A stretch of DNA of 64,000 nt from Candidatus Baldrarchaeota archaeon (GTDB taxonomy: Archaea; Asgardarchaeota; Baldrarchaeia; Baldrarchaeales; DXJG01). The position numbers and the translations under genes are program-made. The stretch covers positions 480,515-544,514 of the forward strand of contig DXJG01000002.1 in assembly GCA_019056805.1 (NCBI GenBank), read 5' to 3'. Positions 9,224-19,283 of the stretch are shown one piece after another (positions within the stretch are counted from its first letter, which is position 1; every line of letters starts with the position of its first letter). Under the pieces are notes generated by a model. That model was not told the origin of the DNA, did no database searches, and saw nothing but the letters and a program-made list of their open reading frames with translations.

Positions 9224-10042
9224 ATGCTAAAATTGCCGTTGCAAGACCTTATTGAAACACTGGAACGATTAGGATTCACAAAAAATGAAGCAAAAGTATA
9301 CTTAACATTAGTTATGACAAGAAATCCCCTCAATGCATCAGAAATTAGCAGGAGATCAGGCGTACCAAGAGCAAACGTCTACGAAACCTTAAATAAACTA
9401 GTGGGGAGAGGATTCGTTTTAAGAGAAGCTGCAGGAAGAGGAGCAAGATACGTAGCAGCATCACCCGACCAGATATTCGAAGCTCTCAGAGAAGAACATA
9501 AAAGATATATTCAACTGGTTGAAGAAGCAAGAAAAACATTTGACCAGCTTATGTCAAAAGTTACAAGACCGTTTCCAGGAGAAGCAGCATGGCTTGTAAG
9601 CGGAGAAACCAGAATCGACAACATTCTTAAAGATATTTTAGATACTGCCACACAAAGATTTACATCCTTAATGACACCCGATATAATTACAAGAAACGGA
9701 GAAGGAATCTTTTCAATGCTGAAGAGGAAGGCAGAGGATGGCGTTGAAATTCTCATTTCACTTAAAATTACAAGTGATATTCTTGATAAAGTTAAGGAAT
9801 TAGCAAATTCCGTGTCAGTTTTTCATTGGCAACTTGGAGAAATCCCCATGGGATGCTACGTTAGTGACGGTTCCCGTTGCTTAATGACCCTCGTCGGAAA
9901 ATGGGCTCCAATATTAACATACGACATAGGTATTTGGACCGAAAACCCGGTCTACGCAAAGTCCTTCGAATATTTAACTGAAAAACTTTTAACATTAAAT
10001 GTACCCTTTAAGAAATATCTTGAGGAGGAAGAAAAGGATTGA
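9224..10042 (+). CDS. TrmB-family winged-HTH transcriptional regulator (start at MLKLPLQDL; ORF track gives 9131)
   Basis: LGFTKNEAKVYLTLVMTRNPLNASEISRRSGVPRANVYETLNKLVGRGFV is a TrmB-type HTH. A TATA-like tttataga element sits about 30 bp upstream of 9224. The C-terminal block GCYVSDGSRCLMTLVGKWAPI is shared with the paralog at 28333. The stop overlaps the GTPase start (ATGA). Confidence 0.7.
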   Translation: MLKLPLQDLIETLERLGFTKNEAKVYLTLVMTRNPLNASEISRRSGVPRANVYETLNKLVGRGFVLREAAGRGARYVAASPDQIFEALREEHKRYIQLVEEARKTFDQLMSKVTRPFPGEAAWLVSGETRIDNILKDILDTATQRFTSLMTPDIITRNGEGIFSMLKRKAEDGVEILISLKITSDILDKVKELANSVSVFHWQLGEIPMGCYVSDGSRCLMTLVGKWAPILTYDIGIWTENPVYAKSFEYLTEKLLTLNVPFKKYLEEEEKD

Positions 10043-10554
10043 GTGGAGAGTACATCCTAAAAGTTGTTGTAGTAGGAGACTTAGCTGTAGGAAAAACAAG
10101 TTTAGTCATTAGATACGCAGAAAACAAGTTTCCAACAAGTTACAAACCGACAATAGGAGCAGACATAATGGTTAAAATGGTGGATCTCAAAGGAAAGAAA
10201 ATTAGACTTGCGATCTGGGATATAGCTGGACATGAAACTTTCCAGAAGATAAGGCGTTACTATTATCAAGGAGCTGCAGGCGCGCTAATACTTTATGATG
10301 TAACAAATCCAGAATCATTTGAACACGTAAAAGATTGGTACGATGATGTAGTCACTCATTGCGGAAAAATACCCATTGTCCTAATTGGAAATAAAATAGA
10401 TTTGAAAGATCAAAGAAAAATAACAACAGAACAAGGTGTGAAAAAAGCTGATGATATGGGTCTAGTAAAATTCATCGAAACAAGTGCAAAAACCGGTACA
10501 AATGTACACAACGCCTTTGTATCAATAATAGAAGAAGTGCTAAAAATATCATAA
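10039..10554 (+). CDS. Ras/Rab-like small GTPase (switch II Gln replaced by His)
   Basis: G1 is GDLAVGKTS, switch I is PTIGAD, G3 is WDIAGHE, G4 is GNKID and G5 is ETSAKTG. There is no C-terminal prenylation Cys. Confidence 0.8.
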   Translation: MSGEYILKVVVVGDLAVGKTSLVIRYAENKFPTSYKPTIGADIMVKMVDLKGKKIRLAIWDIAGHETFQKIRRYYYQGAAGALILYDVTNPESFEHVKDWYDDVVTHCGKIPIVLIGNKIDLKDQRKITTEQGVKKADDMGLVKFIETSAKTGTNVHNAFVSIIEEVLKIS

Positions 10555-10837
10555 AACGAGTAGCAATAATACTTCCATAACTTTCATCCAGTTCCCCCAA
10601 TAGACTGCTATTGTACCTTTTATTAGCTATTAAACTAAAACTGATTGTAACAACAATTTTAACTAATTTCAAAGGCCTAGCCCATTACCAGAATTTTTTT
10701 GAATACTCAAATCTATGTTTAATGCTATGTAGTGAAAACAAGATGAAATATACTGTGGTGAGGACTCTACGAAAAAATAATTAACAAATTAAGATTTAAT
10801 GAGAAATATTTGTTAGTTGCTAGCCTTAAATACCAAG

Positions 10838-12187
10838 CTATGTATTCTTCTTAAAATTTGAAAATATGTCGTGAATTTCTTTTCTCCACATTTCAAAGTC
10901 CTCTGGCCCAGGATAGCTTTGATAGAGCTGCTTAACCCTTTTCATAATATTTGCAACTTCCCTAAGTTTCTGTAGAAAAGATAATCTTCTAATTCCCCTG
11001 AAAAATCTAATAGCCCTCTCTGTTATATTTAACCTTAAGTCCTCACCCAAATTCGCCTTTAATATATCTTGTTCCGTAACCAACTTATGTTTCATACCCC
11101 AGTTTAATTCTTCATCACCTAATTTCTGAAGAAACCATCTGAAAATATCCAACGAAGCTTGCTTAGCACCGTATTCCTGCATAAACTTTACATTATAGCT
11201 CCATAACCCCTCCCTACTAAAGTCCTCTTTCTCCAAAGCTTTAACAGCAGTTTCCCCAGCAATTTTACCAGCAATCATCGAAGGACCAATACCACCACCA
11301 TGCACAGGATTCACTTGAAAAGCAGCATCACCAACAAACATAACACCATTTGCAACCAAACAATCCAAAGGTCTTCTCGTTGGAACAGCTCCTCCTCCAC
11401 CATGAACAATTTTTGACCCTTCGAAAATCTCTTGATTTAACACATATTCATAAATCTGCTTCTTAGGGTTTGGCGCATTTGGACCACTCTGAACACCTAG
11501 CCCAACATTAACTATAATCCCATCCTTTTTAGGAAATATCCAATAATACCCACCAGGAGCGATAGCTTGAGATAAGTAAATTTTCGCATAGACAGGAGTT
11601 TCTATCGGTTCTTTCAATTCTCTAATCTCTCTATAAGCAACAATAAGATCTTCTTGCAAAATTTCCTTTTCCACACCAAAATCAGACGGTAATCTCTTAC
11701 GAATAACTCCAGCAACACCACTAGCATCAATAACAATATCCGCTTCTATACTCGTCTTTTCTCCATCGTTTCGAACCACAACCCCCTTTACAAAACGATC
11801 CATAACTATTGGCTCTATTACGGTAGTATTGTCCATTAACTCTGCTCCAGCATCTAACGCTTCCCTAAGCAATCGTTGACCAAAACGATGTCTGTTTACA
11901 CCAAAACCCTCAAGTCTCTCCCCTTTTACCTTAAATACGGTCTCGAGGTCAGGTGAATATATTTCAATACCTTCAAATACGCTTTCTAATTCCTCTCCTT
12001 TTGGATAAGATAAGCCTAAATTGTCAAAATGATGTCTCCCTATAGCATCTCCGCACACTTTGTCTCCTATTTTTTCCTTAGGTTTCCTATCAATTAAAAG
12101 AACTTTCAATCCTCTTCTTGCCGCTTCTCTTGCCGCCATTGTACCGCCTGTACCAGCACCAACAACTACAACATCAAATTTACTCAT
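10838..12187 (-). CDS. geranylgeranyl reductase family FAD-dependent oxidoreductase
   Basis: The FAD dinucleotide fold is DVVVVGAGTGGTMAAREAARRGLKVLLIDRK, and the GGR motif KVCGDAIG is present. Confidence 0.75.
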   Translation of the reverse strand: MSKFDVVVVGAGTGGTMAAREAARRGLKVLLIDRKPKEKIGDKVCGDAIGRHHFDNLGLSYPKGEELESVFEGIEIYSPDLETVFKVKGERLEGFGVNRHRFGQRLLREALDAGAELMDNTTVIEPIVMDRFVKGVVVRNDGEKTSIEADIVIDASGVAGVIRKRLPSDFGVEKEILQEDLIVAYREIRELKEPIETPVYAKIYLSQAIAPGGYYWIFPKKDGIIVNVGLGVQSGPNAPNPKKQIYEYVLNQEIFEGSKIVHGGGGAVPTRRPLDCLVANGVMFVGDAAFQVNPVHGGGIGPSMIAGKIAGETAVKALEKEDFSREGLWSYNVKFMQEYGAKQASLDIFRWFLQKLGDEELNWGMKHKLVTEQDILKANLGEDLRLNITERAIRFFRGIRRLSFLQKLREVANIMKRVKQLYQSYPGPEDFEMWRKEIHDIFSNFKKNT

Positions 12188-12555
12188 TTAAATAACCCCC
12201 ATTAAAGAAACAATTTTACAACGAATCTCATCAACCTAACGTATTCCCTTGGTAGAAAATAAAAGTGTCACAATTATATTTTAGCCTTACTACTCAGACC
12301 TTTACAAACAAATCATAAATCATCTAAACTTTGCTATTAACATCGACATTAAATAACCACGTCAAAATAGTCCCCCTGCTTTTGTTTTATGCGGCCTTTC
12401 TAAATTACTTTTGTAAAAGTTTTTAGCTCGAGGAGATAGAACAAAACCCCAATATATTTACCTAATATTTATCCTTAGTTAGAATATTGTTTAGGAATCT
12501 TTATAAGGGTGTTTAGGGTAACATGGTTTTAACTTTAAAATAACGGTGTTGCGTT

Positions 12556-12978
12556 TTGGCGGAAGGTAAAGAAAAAGTAATTGTAAACGTTATCTGGAAA
12601 GGAAAAAACGAACTTGAAGCAGATATAAGAGGAGCAAAATTAATTGTAAGAACAGTTGAAGAAGAGGAGAGGGGCCCGACAGCATCAGAGTTACTATTAG
12701 CAGCGCTTGGAAGTAGTTTAGCAACAGAATTACTTAAAGAAGCTAGAAAAATGAGAGTCTCCATCAACAATGTAGAAATTAAAGTAAAAGGAGTTCAAAC
12801 AGGCAAGAAAATCCCAAGATTTACAGACATTAATGTACAAGTATCAACAACTACAGTTCAAGGTGAAGATACAAAGAAACTACAAGAATTAGTAAGGCGG
12901 TTAGAAAGAAACTCCATAGTAAGTAACACATTAAAAGAACAGACAAAAGTAAGGGTAAAAACAACCTTTGAAACATAG
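12556..12978 (+). CDS. OsmC/Ohr-family protein
   Basis: A TTG start. The OsmC-like core GPTASELLLAALGSSLATEL is present. Confidence 0.6.
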   Translation: MAEGKEKVIVNVIWKGKNELEADIRGAKLIVRTVEEEERGPTASELLLAALGSSLATELLKEARKMRVSINNVEIKVKGVQTGKKIPRFTDINVQVSTTTVQGEDTKKLQELVRRLERNSIVSNTLKEQTKVRVKTTFET

Positions 12979-13003
12979 AGAATTCTGAAATCGAAATTAC
13001 CAA

Positions 13004-13543
13004 GTGATATACATGAGTGAAACTTCGAAAAAACATAAAGAAGAAGCTCCAAAAAAACTTACATTTGCAGTAATAACAGTAAGCTCATCAAGATACGAAA
13101 AACAAATGAAAGGAGAAAAAGCAGCAGACATTTCAGGCAATCTAATAATTAAATTATTAAAAAACGCTAACCACGACGTAAAATTATATAAAATAATTCC
13201 TGATGATATACTTGAAATAAGAAAAACATTAACAGACGCAATACATGAACATAAAATTGACGTTATAATATTTTCAGGTGGAACCGGAGTTTCAAAGAAA
13301 GATGTAACAATAGAAGCTATCTTACCTCTACTTGAAAAAGATATTCCAGGATTCGGAGAAATATTTAGATTTTTATCATTTCAAGAAATAGGAACAGCAA
13401 CCATCGTTACAAGAGCTATAGCCGGAATTTATAGAAATACCTTAATTTTTTGTATTCCAGGTTCACCGCAGGCAGCAAAACTAGCAGTTGAAAAACTAAT
13501 TTTACCGGAAGCACCTCACATAATAAAACACACAAAAGAATAA
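13004..13543 (+). CDS. moaB: molybdenum cofactor biosynthesis protein MoaB/MogA
   Basis: FAVITVSSSRY...IIFSGGTGVSKKDVT...FCIPGSP is the MogA/MoaB signature. Confidence 0.8.
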   Translation: MIYMSETSKKHKEEAPKKLTFAVITVSSSRYEKQMKGEKAADISGNLIIKLLKNANHDVKLYKIIPDDILEIRKTLTDAIHEHKIDVIIFSGGTGVSKKDVTIEAILPLLEKDIPGFGEIFRFLSFQEIGTATIVTRAIAGIYRNTLIFCIPGSPQAAKLAVEKLILPEAPHIIKHTKE

Positions 13544-13579
13544 AAGAATAAGAGATAAAGAGTGATAGCGAAGCTATTG

Positions 13580-13756
13580 CTATTCAAATGATATGGCGTT
13601 GTTTGGACAAGCTGCTTCACATGCTTGGCACTCACTACATTCATCTGGGTTAGCTACGTATGCTTTGTCATCTTGAATCTCTAGAACACCCATTGGACAT
13701 GTATCGATACATGTTCCGCATCCAGTACATTTCTCTAAATCAATTTTCGGCGGCAT
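13580..13756 (-). CDS. 4Fe-4S ferredoxin (58 aa, below ORF-track size cutoff)
   Basis: The minus-strand translation is MPPKIDLEKCTGCGTCIDTCPMGVLEIQDDKAYVANPDECSECQACEAACPNNAISFE, with two CxxCxxCxxxCP cluster motifs. Confidence 0.6.
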   Translation of the reverse strand: MPPKIDLEKCTGCGTCIDTCPMGVLEIQDDKAYVANPDECSECQACEAACPNNAISFE

Positions 13757-14047
13757 AGCTATTCACCTCAAAAACCTAACTTCAAATACCAATATAAATT
13801 TTAGTACTCAAAATCGGGAAGATTAAGTTAAATCTAATCAAACCTAATACTATGGAAATACGTCTTTAACTTATAACTAAGTAAAAACTGTTATATCCAA
13901 ACGATTTACAAATAATTGCTAAATTATCACAAAGCATAATATTCCGTTTTTAAATTATAATTTACAGTAAAAAGATACTCAGGCTATAATCGTTCAGAAA
14001 TATATTAGCGTCTTTATAACGAGTTATGGTCCCATTGAGGTGTTTTT

Positions 14048-14482
14048 ATGAAGCTTCTAAGGATTAATGCTGGCGATAGAAGGGCAAAGGAGAAGGGAAA
14101 ACTTCTCATACACGGCGAATGTATAAAAGATATGTGGCCACAATTTTTTGAAAAATTTTCGGAAGACCATTTTCCTGCTGCGGTGTGTTTAGAAGCAGAA
14201 CACATGAATATGGTTGCCTTCAAATTAGCTACAATAATAAAAAACATAAAACCAAAAGAAGTAACAGTTCTAACGGTAGACGGTTCACCGCATTGCGTTC
14301 AACTTCATATGATGGTAGAGGAAGTTAGAAAAATAGTAGAAAACTTAAGCCCCCATACAAATTACAAATATTATGTCGTAAATAAAGGAGAACTAATAGA
14401 AATACCTAGAGAATGCATAAAAACCAGTAGATACCTATCAAAAATAAAAAAATTAATTAAAACAAAACCAAAATACCAATAA
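14048..14482 (+). CDS. hypothetical protein
   Basis: A 144-aa ORF with an ATG start and several conserved-looking Cys/His. It lies immediately upstream of thyX. No family was recognised. Confidence 0.4.
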   Translation: MKLLRINAGDRRAKEKGKLLIHGECIKDMWPQFFEKFSEDHFPAAVCLEAEHMNMVAFKLATIIKNIKPKEVTVLTVDGSPHCVQLHMMVEEVRKIVENLSPHTNYKYYVVNKGELIEIPRECIKTSRYLSKIKKLIKTKPKYQ

Positions 14483-14508
14483 CATTTAGAGTAGAGAGTG
14501 AATAAACC

Positions 14509-15195
14509 TTGAAAGTAGAACTCATAAGTTATACCCCGAATCCAGAACTACTTGTAGCCTCAGCTGCCAGAACATGCTACTCAAAAAAACCAGCAAGCCA
14601 AATAATCAAAAAAATAACACACAAAAGAGCCAGCAAACTAATCAAAAAACTCGTAAAAATCGGGCACCACAGTATTTTAGAACACATAGCCTTCACCTTT
14701 AGCGTAGAAGGAATCTCGCGAGCATGCAGTCATCAGCTAATCCGGCATAGAATAGCGTCGTATAGTCAACAGAGCCAAAGATATGTATCGCTTGAAAACA
14801 CGGATTTTGTAATGCCTTCGACGATAAGAAAGAATGAAAAAGCGAAAGAACTATTCAATCGAATTGTGAAAGAAGCAAAGAACGCGTATAAGAAATTGTT
14901 AGAGTTAGGAATACCAGAAGAGGATACAAGATATATTATTCCTCAAGCAGTGCAAACAAACATTGTAGTAACTATGAATGCAAGAGAACTTCTTCACTTT
15001 TTTAACTTAAGATGTTGTATGAGAGCGCAGTGGGAAATAAGAGCATTAGCTTGGAGGATGCTAAGCATAGTTAAAAAAGTGGCACCAACAATATTTGAGA
15101 ACGCAGGACCACCATGTATATCAGAAGGAAGATGCCCAGAAGAAGATTTCCCATGCAAATTAAGAAAAATACTAGAAAAAGGTGGAAAAAAATGA
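14509..15195 (+). CDS. thyX: flavin-dependent thymidylate synthase ThyX
   Basis: The ThyX motif RHRIASYSQQSQRY is present. A TTG start. Confidence 0.85.
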   Translation: MKVELISYTPNPELLVASAARTCYSKKPASQIIKKITHKRASKLIKKLVKIGHHSILEHIAFTFSVEGISRACSHQLIRHRIASYSQQSQRYVSLENTDFVMPSTIRKNEKAKELFNRIVKEAKNAYKKLLELGIPEEDTRYIIPQAVQTNIVVTMNARELLHFFNLRCCMRAQWEIRALAWRMLSIVKKVAPTIFENAGPPCISEGRCPEEDFPCKLRKILEKGGKK

Positions 15196-16016
15196 AAATA
15201 TCGACAAAACCAGTAATAGCCATAATAGGACATAAAAACTCAGGAAAAACACTACTAATAGAAAAACTAGTTAAAGAATTAGTAAAGAAAGGATACAAAG
15301 TGGCATCTGTCAAACACATAGGTAGAAAAGGACACGGATTCGACATGCCAAGAAAAGATACAACAAAACACCTAGAAGCAGGCGCAAATCCAGTAATAGC
15401 AATAACAGAAGACCAAATAATAACAATAAAGAAAACTCATATCGAAAACCCCCTAGAAACTCTATGGGAAAATATCCCAGAAAAAATTAACATAGTGTTC
15501 TTGGAAGGGTTTTCAACCTGGACATTAAGTAATGAAAACATCCCCAAAATAATTTGCATTAGAAATAAAGAAGATCTAAAGGAATATCAAGAAAAAGCCA
15601 AAAATACGCTACTTTTTGGAAGTTTAAAAAGAATAGAAAATGAAAAAATACTACATATAATTGAAGACTTCCGTGAAATCTTAGAAAAAACCATATCATA
15701 CATAAAAAATCAAGAGAAACTCATAGAGGTGTATAATCTTTTACCTAGATTAAATTGCGGGAAATGCCGATTCAAAACATGTTTTAATCTAGCTAAAGCA
15801 ATTCTAGATAATAAGGCTTCAAAAGAAGAATGTGTAGTGTTAACACAGAAAAAAGGAATTAAAATTTTAATTGATGGGAAAGAAATACCAGTAACATCTT
15901 TTGTTGAAAAAATAGTGAAGACTACGATTTTATCTATGCTATCAACTCTAAAGGGAGTTAATATAGAGGATGAACAAAAGGCTAAGTTAAAAATAGAGGT
16001 AGAAACATCAAATTAG
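15192..16016 (+). CDS. mobB: MobB-like (molybdopterin-guanine dinucleotide biosynthesis) P-loop protein with C-terminal Cys-rich domain
   Basis: VIAIIGHKNSGKTLLIEKL...VASVKH is the MobB P-loop. The C-terminus reads NCGKCRFKTC. The ATG overlaps the thyX stop. Confidence 0.65.
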   Translation: MKISTKPVIAIIGHKNSGKTLLIEKLVKELVKKGYKVASVKHIGRKGHGFDMPRKDTTKHLEAGANPVIAITEDQIITIKKTHIENPLETLWENIPEKINIVFLEGFSTWTLSNENIPKIICIRNKEDLKEYQEKAKNTLLFGSLKRIENEKILHIIEDFREILEKTISYIKNQEKLIEVYNLLPRLNCGKCRFKTCFNLAKAILDNKASKEECVVLTQKKGIKILIDGKEIPVTSFVEKIVKTTILSMLSTLKGVNIEDEQKAKLKIEVETSN

Positions 16017-16540
16017 ACTTTCAATCTAAACTTTATTTCTTCTTCTCCTCCAATCTTATCTCCTTTTCTAGCCCATAAAACCATAAAATTACCATAAATA
16101 TCCTTATTCATGTAGGTTTTTACATCTAAAATTTTAGTACCAGTTGGAAAACACCAATAAGCTTCACAATCATACTCTAAAGTTTCCTCCTCATAAATAG
16201 ATCTATAAATGTTAACACCACGTCTAAATCTACCCTTAAAATTAATTATCCAAATGAAATAGGGAAGGGTACCACTACCTCGATGTTGAATATCCATAAA
16301 AATAACACGAGGTCTGACACGCACACCATTAATATAAAGCTCTCCCTCATCAAGAATTGACTGCATATTCGACCATAACTTGTCAACTTCACGAACAAAT
16401 TCTTTCTCTTTATGAGTTAATTTACGATAATATTCCTCTTCATCATAATAATCGTAAATTAATGTCTGAAAAAACTCACCATTGTTGGAAACGAAGAAAA
16501 AACTCTCAGCGTGCAATGGAATAATTTTATCTTTTATCAT
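16013..16540 (-). CDS. hypothetical protein
   Basis: A 175-aa ORF convergent with mobB with a 4-nt overlap. No family was recognised. Confidence 0.4.
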   Translation of the reverse strand: MIKDKIIPLHAESFFFVSNNGEFFQTLIYDYYDEEEYYRKLTHKEKEFVREVDKLWSNMQSILDEGELYINGVRVRPRVIFMDIQHRGSGTLPYFIWIINFKGRFRRGVNIYRSIYEEETLEYDCEAYWCFPTGTKILDVKTYMNKDIYGNFMVLWARKGDKIGGEEEIKFRLKV

Positions 16541-16657
16541 AAAACCACCACATTATATTGCAACAAAAGGAAATTTCGGTGTAAAACCTAAAATATGTTA
16601 TGTTTGATGTTCTATCACTTAGCAGCCTAAAAATATTTATATTGTGCAGTTGAACTG

Positions 16658-17185
16658 TTAAGGTCTAAACCGACGTCGTGGAGGAGGTTTTATTCCACGT
16701 TTCTTCAATTGTCTTATCATGTATAGTCTAAAGAAGTACATGTAAACTGTGTAGAAGAACAACCCGTAAACCAGACCAAGAATAGCTAAAAATACAATAC
16801 TAGAAGCAACTACGGATAATTGATAAGCTTCAATAAACGTAGCACTTCCAGTTACGGCATAGAGTAAAATATCACCTACAAACCTTGATATAGGAAATAA
16901 AATAGCCCATGCCAATGCCATCTGTAAAAATGGAATTTTTACTCTTGAAATCAAAGGTGTCTTTAAATACACAATGTCAACAGGATAGCTAAAGACAGCT
17001 AATGAAACAAATGTTATAATAACCCATGTAATGGACATTGAAGTCATATAAAACCTAGTAATTAAATTCAATATACCAAGAAGTACAGCTGGTATTAAAC
17101 TACACAAGACACCAAGCCATCTCATATAAATTAACTTAGGCGGCCTATGAAACAAATCTAAACCCCCAACTTTAACCAAACACAT
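16658..17185 (-). CDS. hypothetical membrane protein
   Basis: Four to five hydrophobic segments and a basic C-terminus. Confidence 0.45.
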   Translation of the reverse strand: MCLVKVGGLDLFHRPPKLIYMRWLGVLCSLIPAVLLGILNLITRFYMTSMSITWVIITFVSLAVFSYPVDIVYLKTPLISRVKIPFLQMALAWAILFPISRFVGDILLYAVTGSATFIEAYQLSVVASSIVFLAILGLVYGLFFYTVYMYFFRLYMIRQLKKRGIKPPPRRRFRP

Positions 17186-17348
17186 TTGAAATTATTAAGA
17201 CTAAAATTATACCAGCAATACCTATGGCAATATACAATATGTTTATTTGTCTTTTCTTTCTTTGCCATTGCTCATATTCTTCCTTACATTTCCTAGAACA
17301 AAATGTTTTCCCTTCAGCAGTTACCCGTCTACACCATAAACAATGCAT
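17172..17348 (-). CDS. small zinc-ribbon membrane protein (58 aa)
   Basis: MHCLWCRRVTAEGKTFCSRKCKEEYEQWQRKKRQ followed by one TM helix. Its stop overlaps the start of 16658-17185. Confidence 0.3.
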   Translation of the reverse strand: MHCLWCRRVTAEGKTFCSRKCKEEYEQWQRKKRQINILYIAIGIAGIILVLIISNVFG

Positions 17349-17479
17349 ATGAGGCGGTACACTTGTATATGTCTGTTTTTTCTTCGAAATCCTTATCTCC
17401 CTCCAAAATTCTGAAATACAGATATCATTATGTCTTCATAATAGTAAACTAAAAAATAAAAAGTTGTTGAGAGTTATTT

Positions 17480-18946
17480 TTACTTGAATTGCAGTGGCAG
17501 GTACATTACGAAGAAGACGTACCAGAAGATCAGTGTAGAAATCAGCAGGAAGATAAATGGAATCCACGTTGGCCTAACTTTCTCCTTAGCCGGGTGAATC
17601 TTTGGCAATAGGAACCAGTTCAAATACAGTAGCCCGACACAGTAAATGCACATTATTAACATGTTTCCGACACCGGTCAGAACAAGAAGCACTCCAGGTC
17701 TCTTTGCTATTACCTGATACATTGCTATTACTGTGAATATTGTAACTACAATGTAGTAAAGCTTTCTATATTCGATCTTCCTTGTCTGCGGGACGTTGGT
17801 ATATATGTTACTTGCAACAGTCCTTGAAATACCGTCTAAACCAGTTAGATAAGTGTCAGCAAGGAAGAAGAATCCAAGTACATAGAATATATTTCTTCCA
17901 GCAGCTCCCCAGAGTTCAGCAAACCATTCGCCCTGAATTACAACTATATCGAAACCGGTGGGTATGAGGCCTTCTGGATGTAAAATACCAAGAGAGAGCA
18001 GCGATGTCAAAACGATAGTTAGTGTATTTAATATAACTCCAAAAGCATTGTCGCACCATAGCCATTTAACCCAGGCTTTCCATTCATCTATATCTTTCTC
18101 TGTAAATGCAACTCCTACGCCTGGAATTGGTTCAGGTTTTCCTGTGATTGGGCTTGTTACTCTTCCGATTAGCGCAGACATTCCAGCGTTCTTGTCTCTA
18201 ACCCAGAAGGAATAGTATAGGTTCCAGAAGCCACCAGCACCAGTGTAACAAATCAATGTAACAAGCTTACCTGTGTCTGCAGGATCCCAGTTTGGTGGTG
18301 TAAGTGGTATATGTGGTGTAAATAGAGCAGCAAAAAATTCACCAACAACTGCATGTACTGCTGGGGCAGCAATAACGATAACCAACATTCCAAAGAAGCT
18401 TGCAATTGCTGCAATAGATTCTACAACTTCAACTATACGATATGCCACGGGACCTAACAAAAACAATATAAACACTATGATAAGACATAGTTCCGCCCAG
18501 AAATGTGTTTGAGCTTTGTCCGACCATCCGGGTGGGAAGTTTGTAAGAGCTTTTAGCGCTGTGGCTCCAGCTGATATATATCCTCCTATCCAGAAGGATA
18601 CTATTATAACCATGACAAATATTAGCCATCCGAAGAGATGGTGTATTCTGTGAAATCCTTCATATATTGACTCTCCTGTCGCTATTGAATATCTTGCTAT
18701 CTCCAAGTTAACCCAGTATTGTAGTGATGCCCATATGAACATCCAGCCAAGGAAGTAGGTACCGTATTTTGCAACCATGTATGGCCACCAAATTAACTCA
18801 CCGCTACCTTGGGAAAGCCCTGCCCATACTAGTCCTGGTCCAAACATTGCTACCCATCCGGGCCACTTAGGCATATCTTTTACGTCCCATGGTTCTTCAA
18901 GTTTGCCAGCAATTATTTCAGATGCAGATGGATTTTTTTCTGCCAT
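17480..18946 (-). CDS. NRAMP-like polytopic membrane transporter
   Basis: About 11-12 TM segments. The N-terminal block MFGPGLVWAGLSQGSGELIWWP resembles the Nramp/MntH first-helix signature. Confidence 0.5.
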   Translation of the reverse strand: MAEKNPSASEIIAGKLEEPWDVKDMPKWPGWVAMFGPGLVWAGLSQGSGELIWWPYMVAKYGTYFLGWMFIWASLQYWVNLEIARYSIATGESIYEGFHRIHHLFGWLIFVMVIIVSFWIGGYISAGATALKALTNFPPGWSDKAQTHFWAELCLIIVFILFLLGPVAYRIVEVVESIAAIASFFGMLVIVIAAPAVHAVVGEFFAALFTPHIPLTPPNWDPADTGKLVTLICYTGAGGFWNLYYSFWVRDKNAGMSALIGRVTSPITGKPEPIPGVGVAFTEKDIDEWKAWVKWLWCDNAFGVILNTLTIVLTSLLSLGILHPEGLIPTGFDIVVIQGEWFAELWGAAGRNIFYVLGFFFLADTYLTGLDGISRTVASNIYTNVPQTRKIEYRKLYYIVVTIFTVIAMYQVIAKRPGVLLVLTGVGNMLIMCIYCVGLLYLNWFLLPKIHPAKEKVRPTWIPFIFLLISTLIFWYVFFVMYLPLQFK

Positions 18947-19283
18947 TTCCCTCTACCCCTAACAATTTTTAATTTCACGTACCCTTTTCTCTACTATTAT
19001 TGAACGGTCTTATATAATCTTTACGACCATGTTTAGGTACATTTTTACATATGAAAAGAACTCTGTAAAGTACTCGTGGAATACTCATACCAACTTATGT
19101 TTAATAATGCATATTTAATAATGCATAATTATCTTTATGTAAAAAATAAATTAAAAATTAAAGTTCTGTTCTTCCGATTTTTGACGTCGCTATATATCTG
19201 GTAAAAATAAATAACACACACTATTATTATGTACCATGATGTACCTTACCTAACCTAAGTAGTGTTAAAGGTGTAGATATGCG

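Noticed and set aside
10555-10837. C/D-box-like string (gatgaaat ... tgagga) in intergenic region
   Set aside because: No proper C box (RUGAUGA) or terminal CUGA D box at appropriate spacing.
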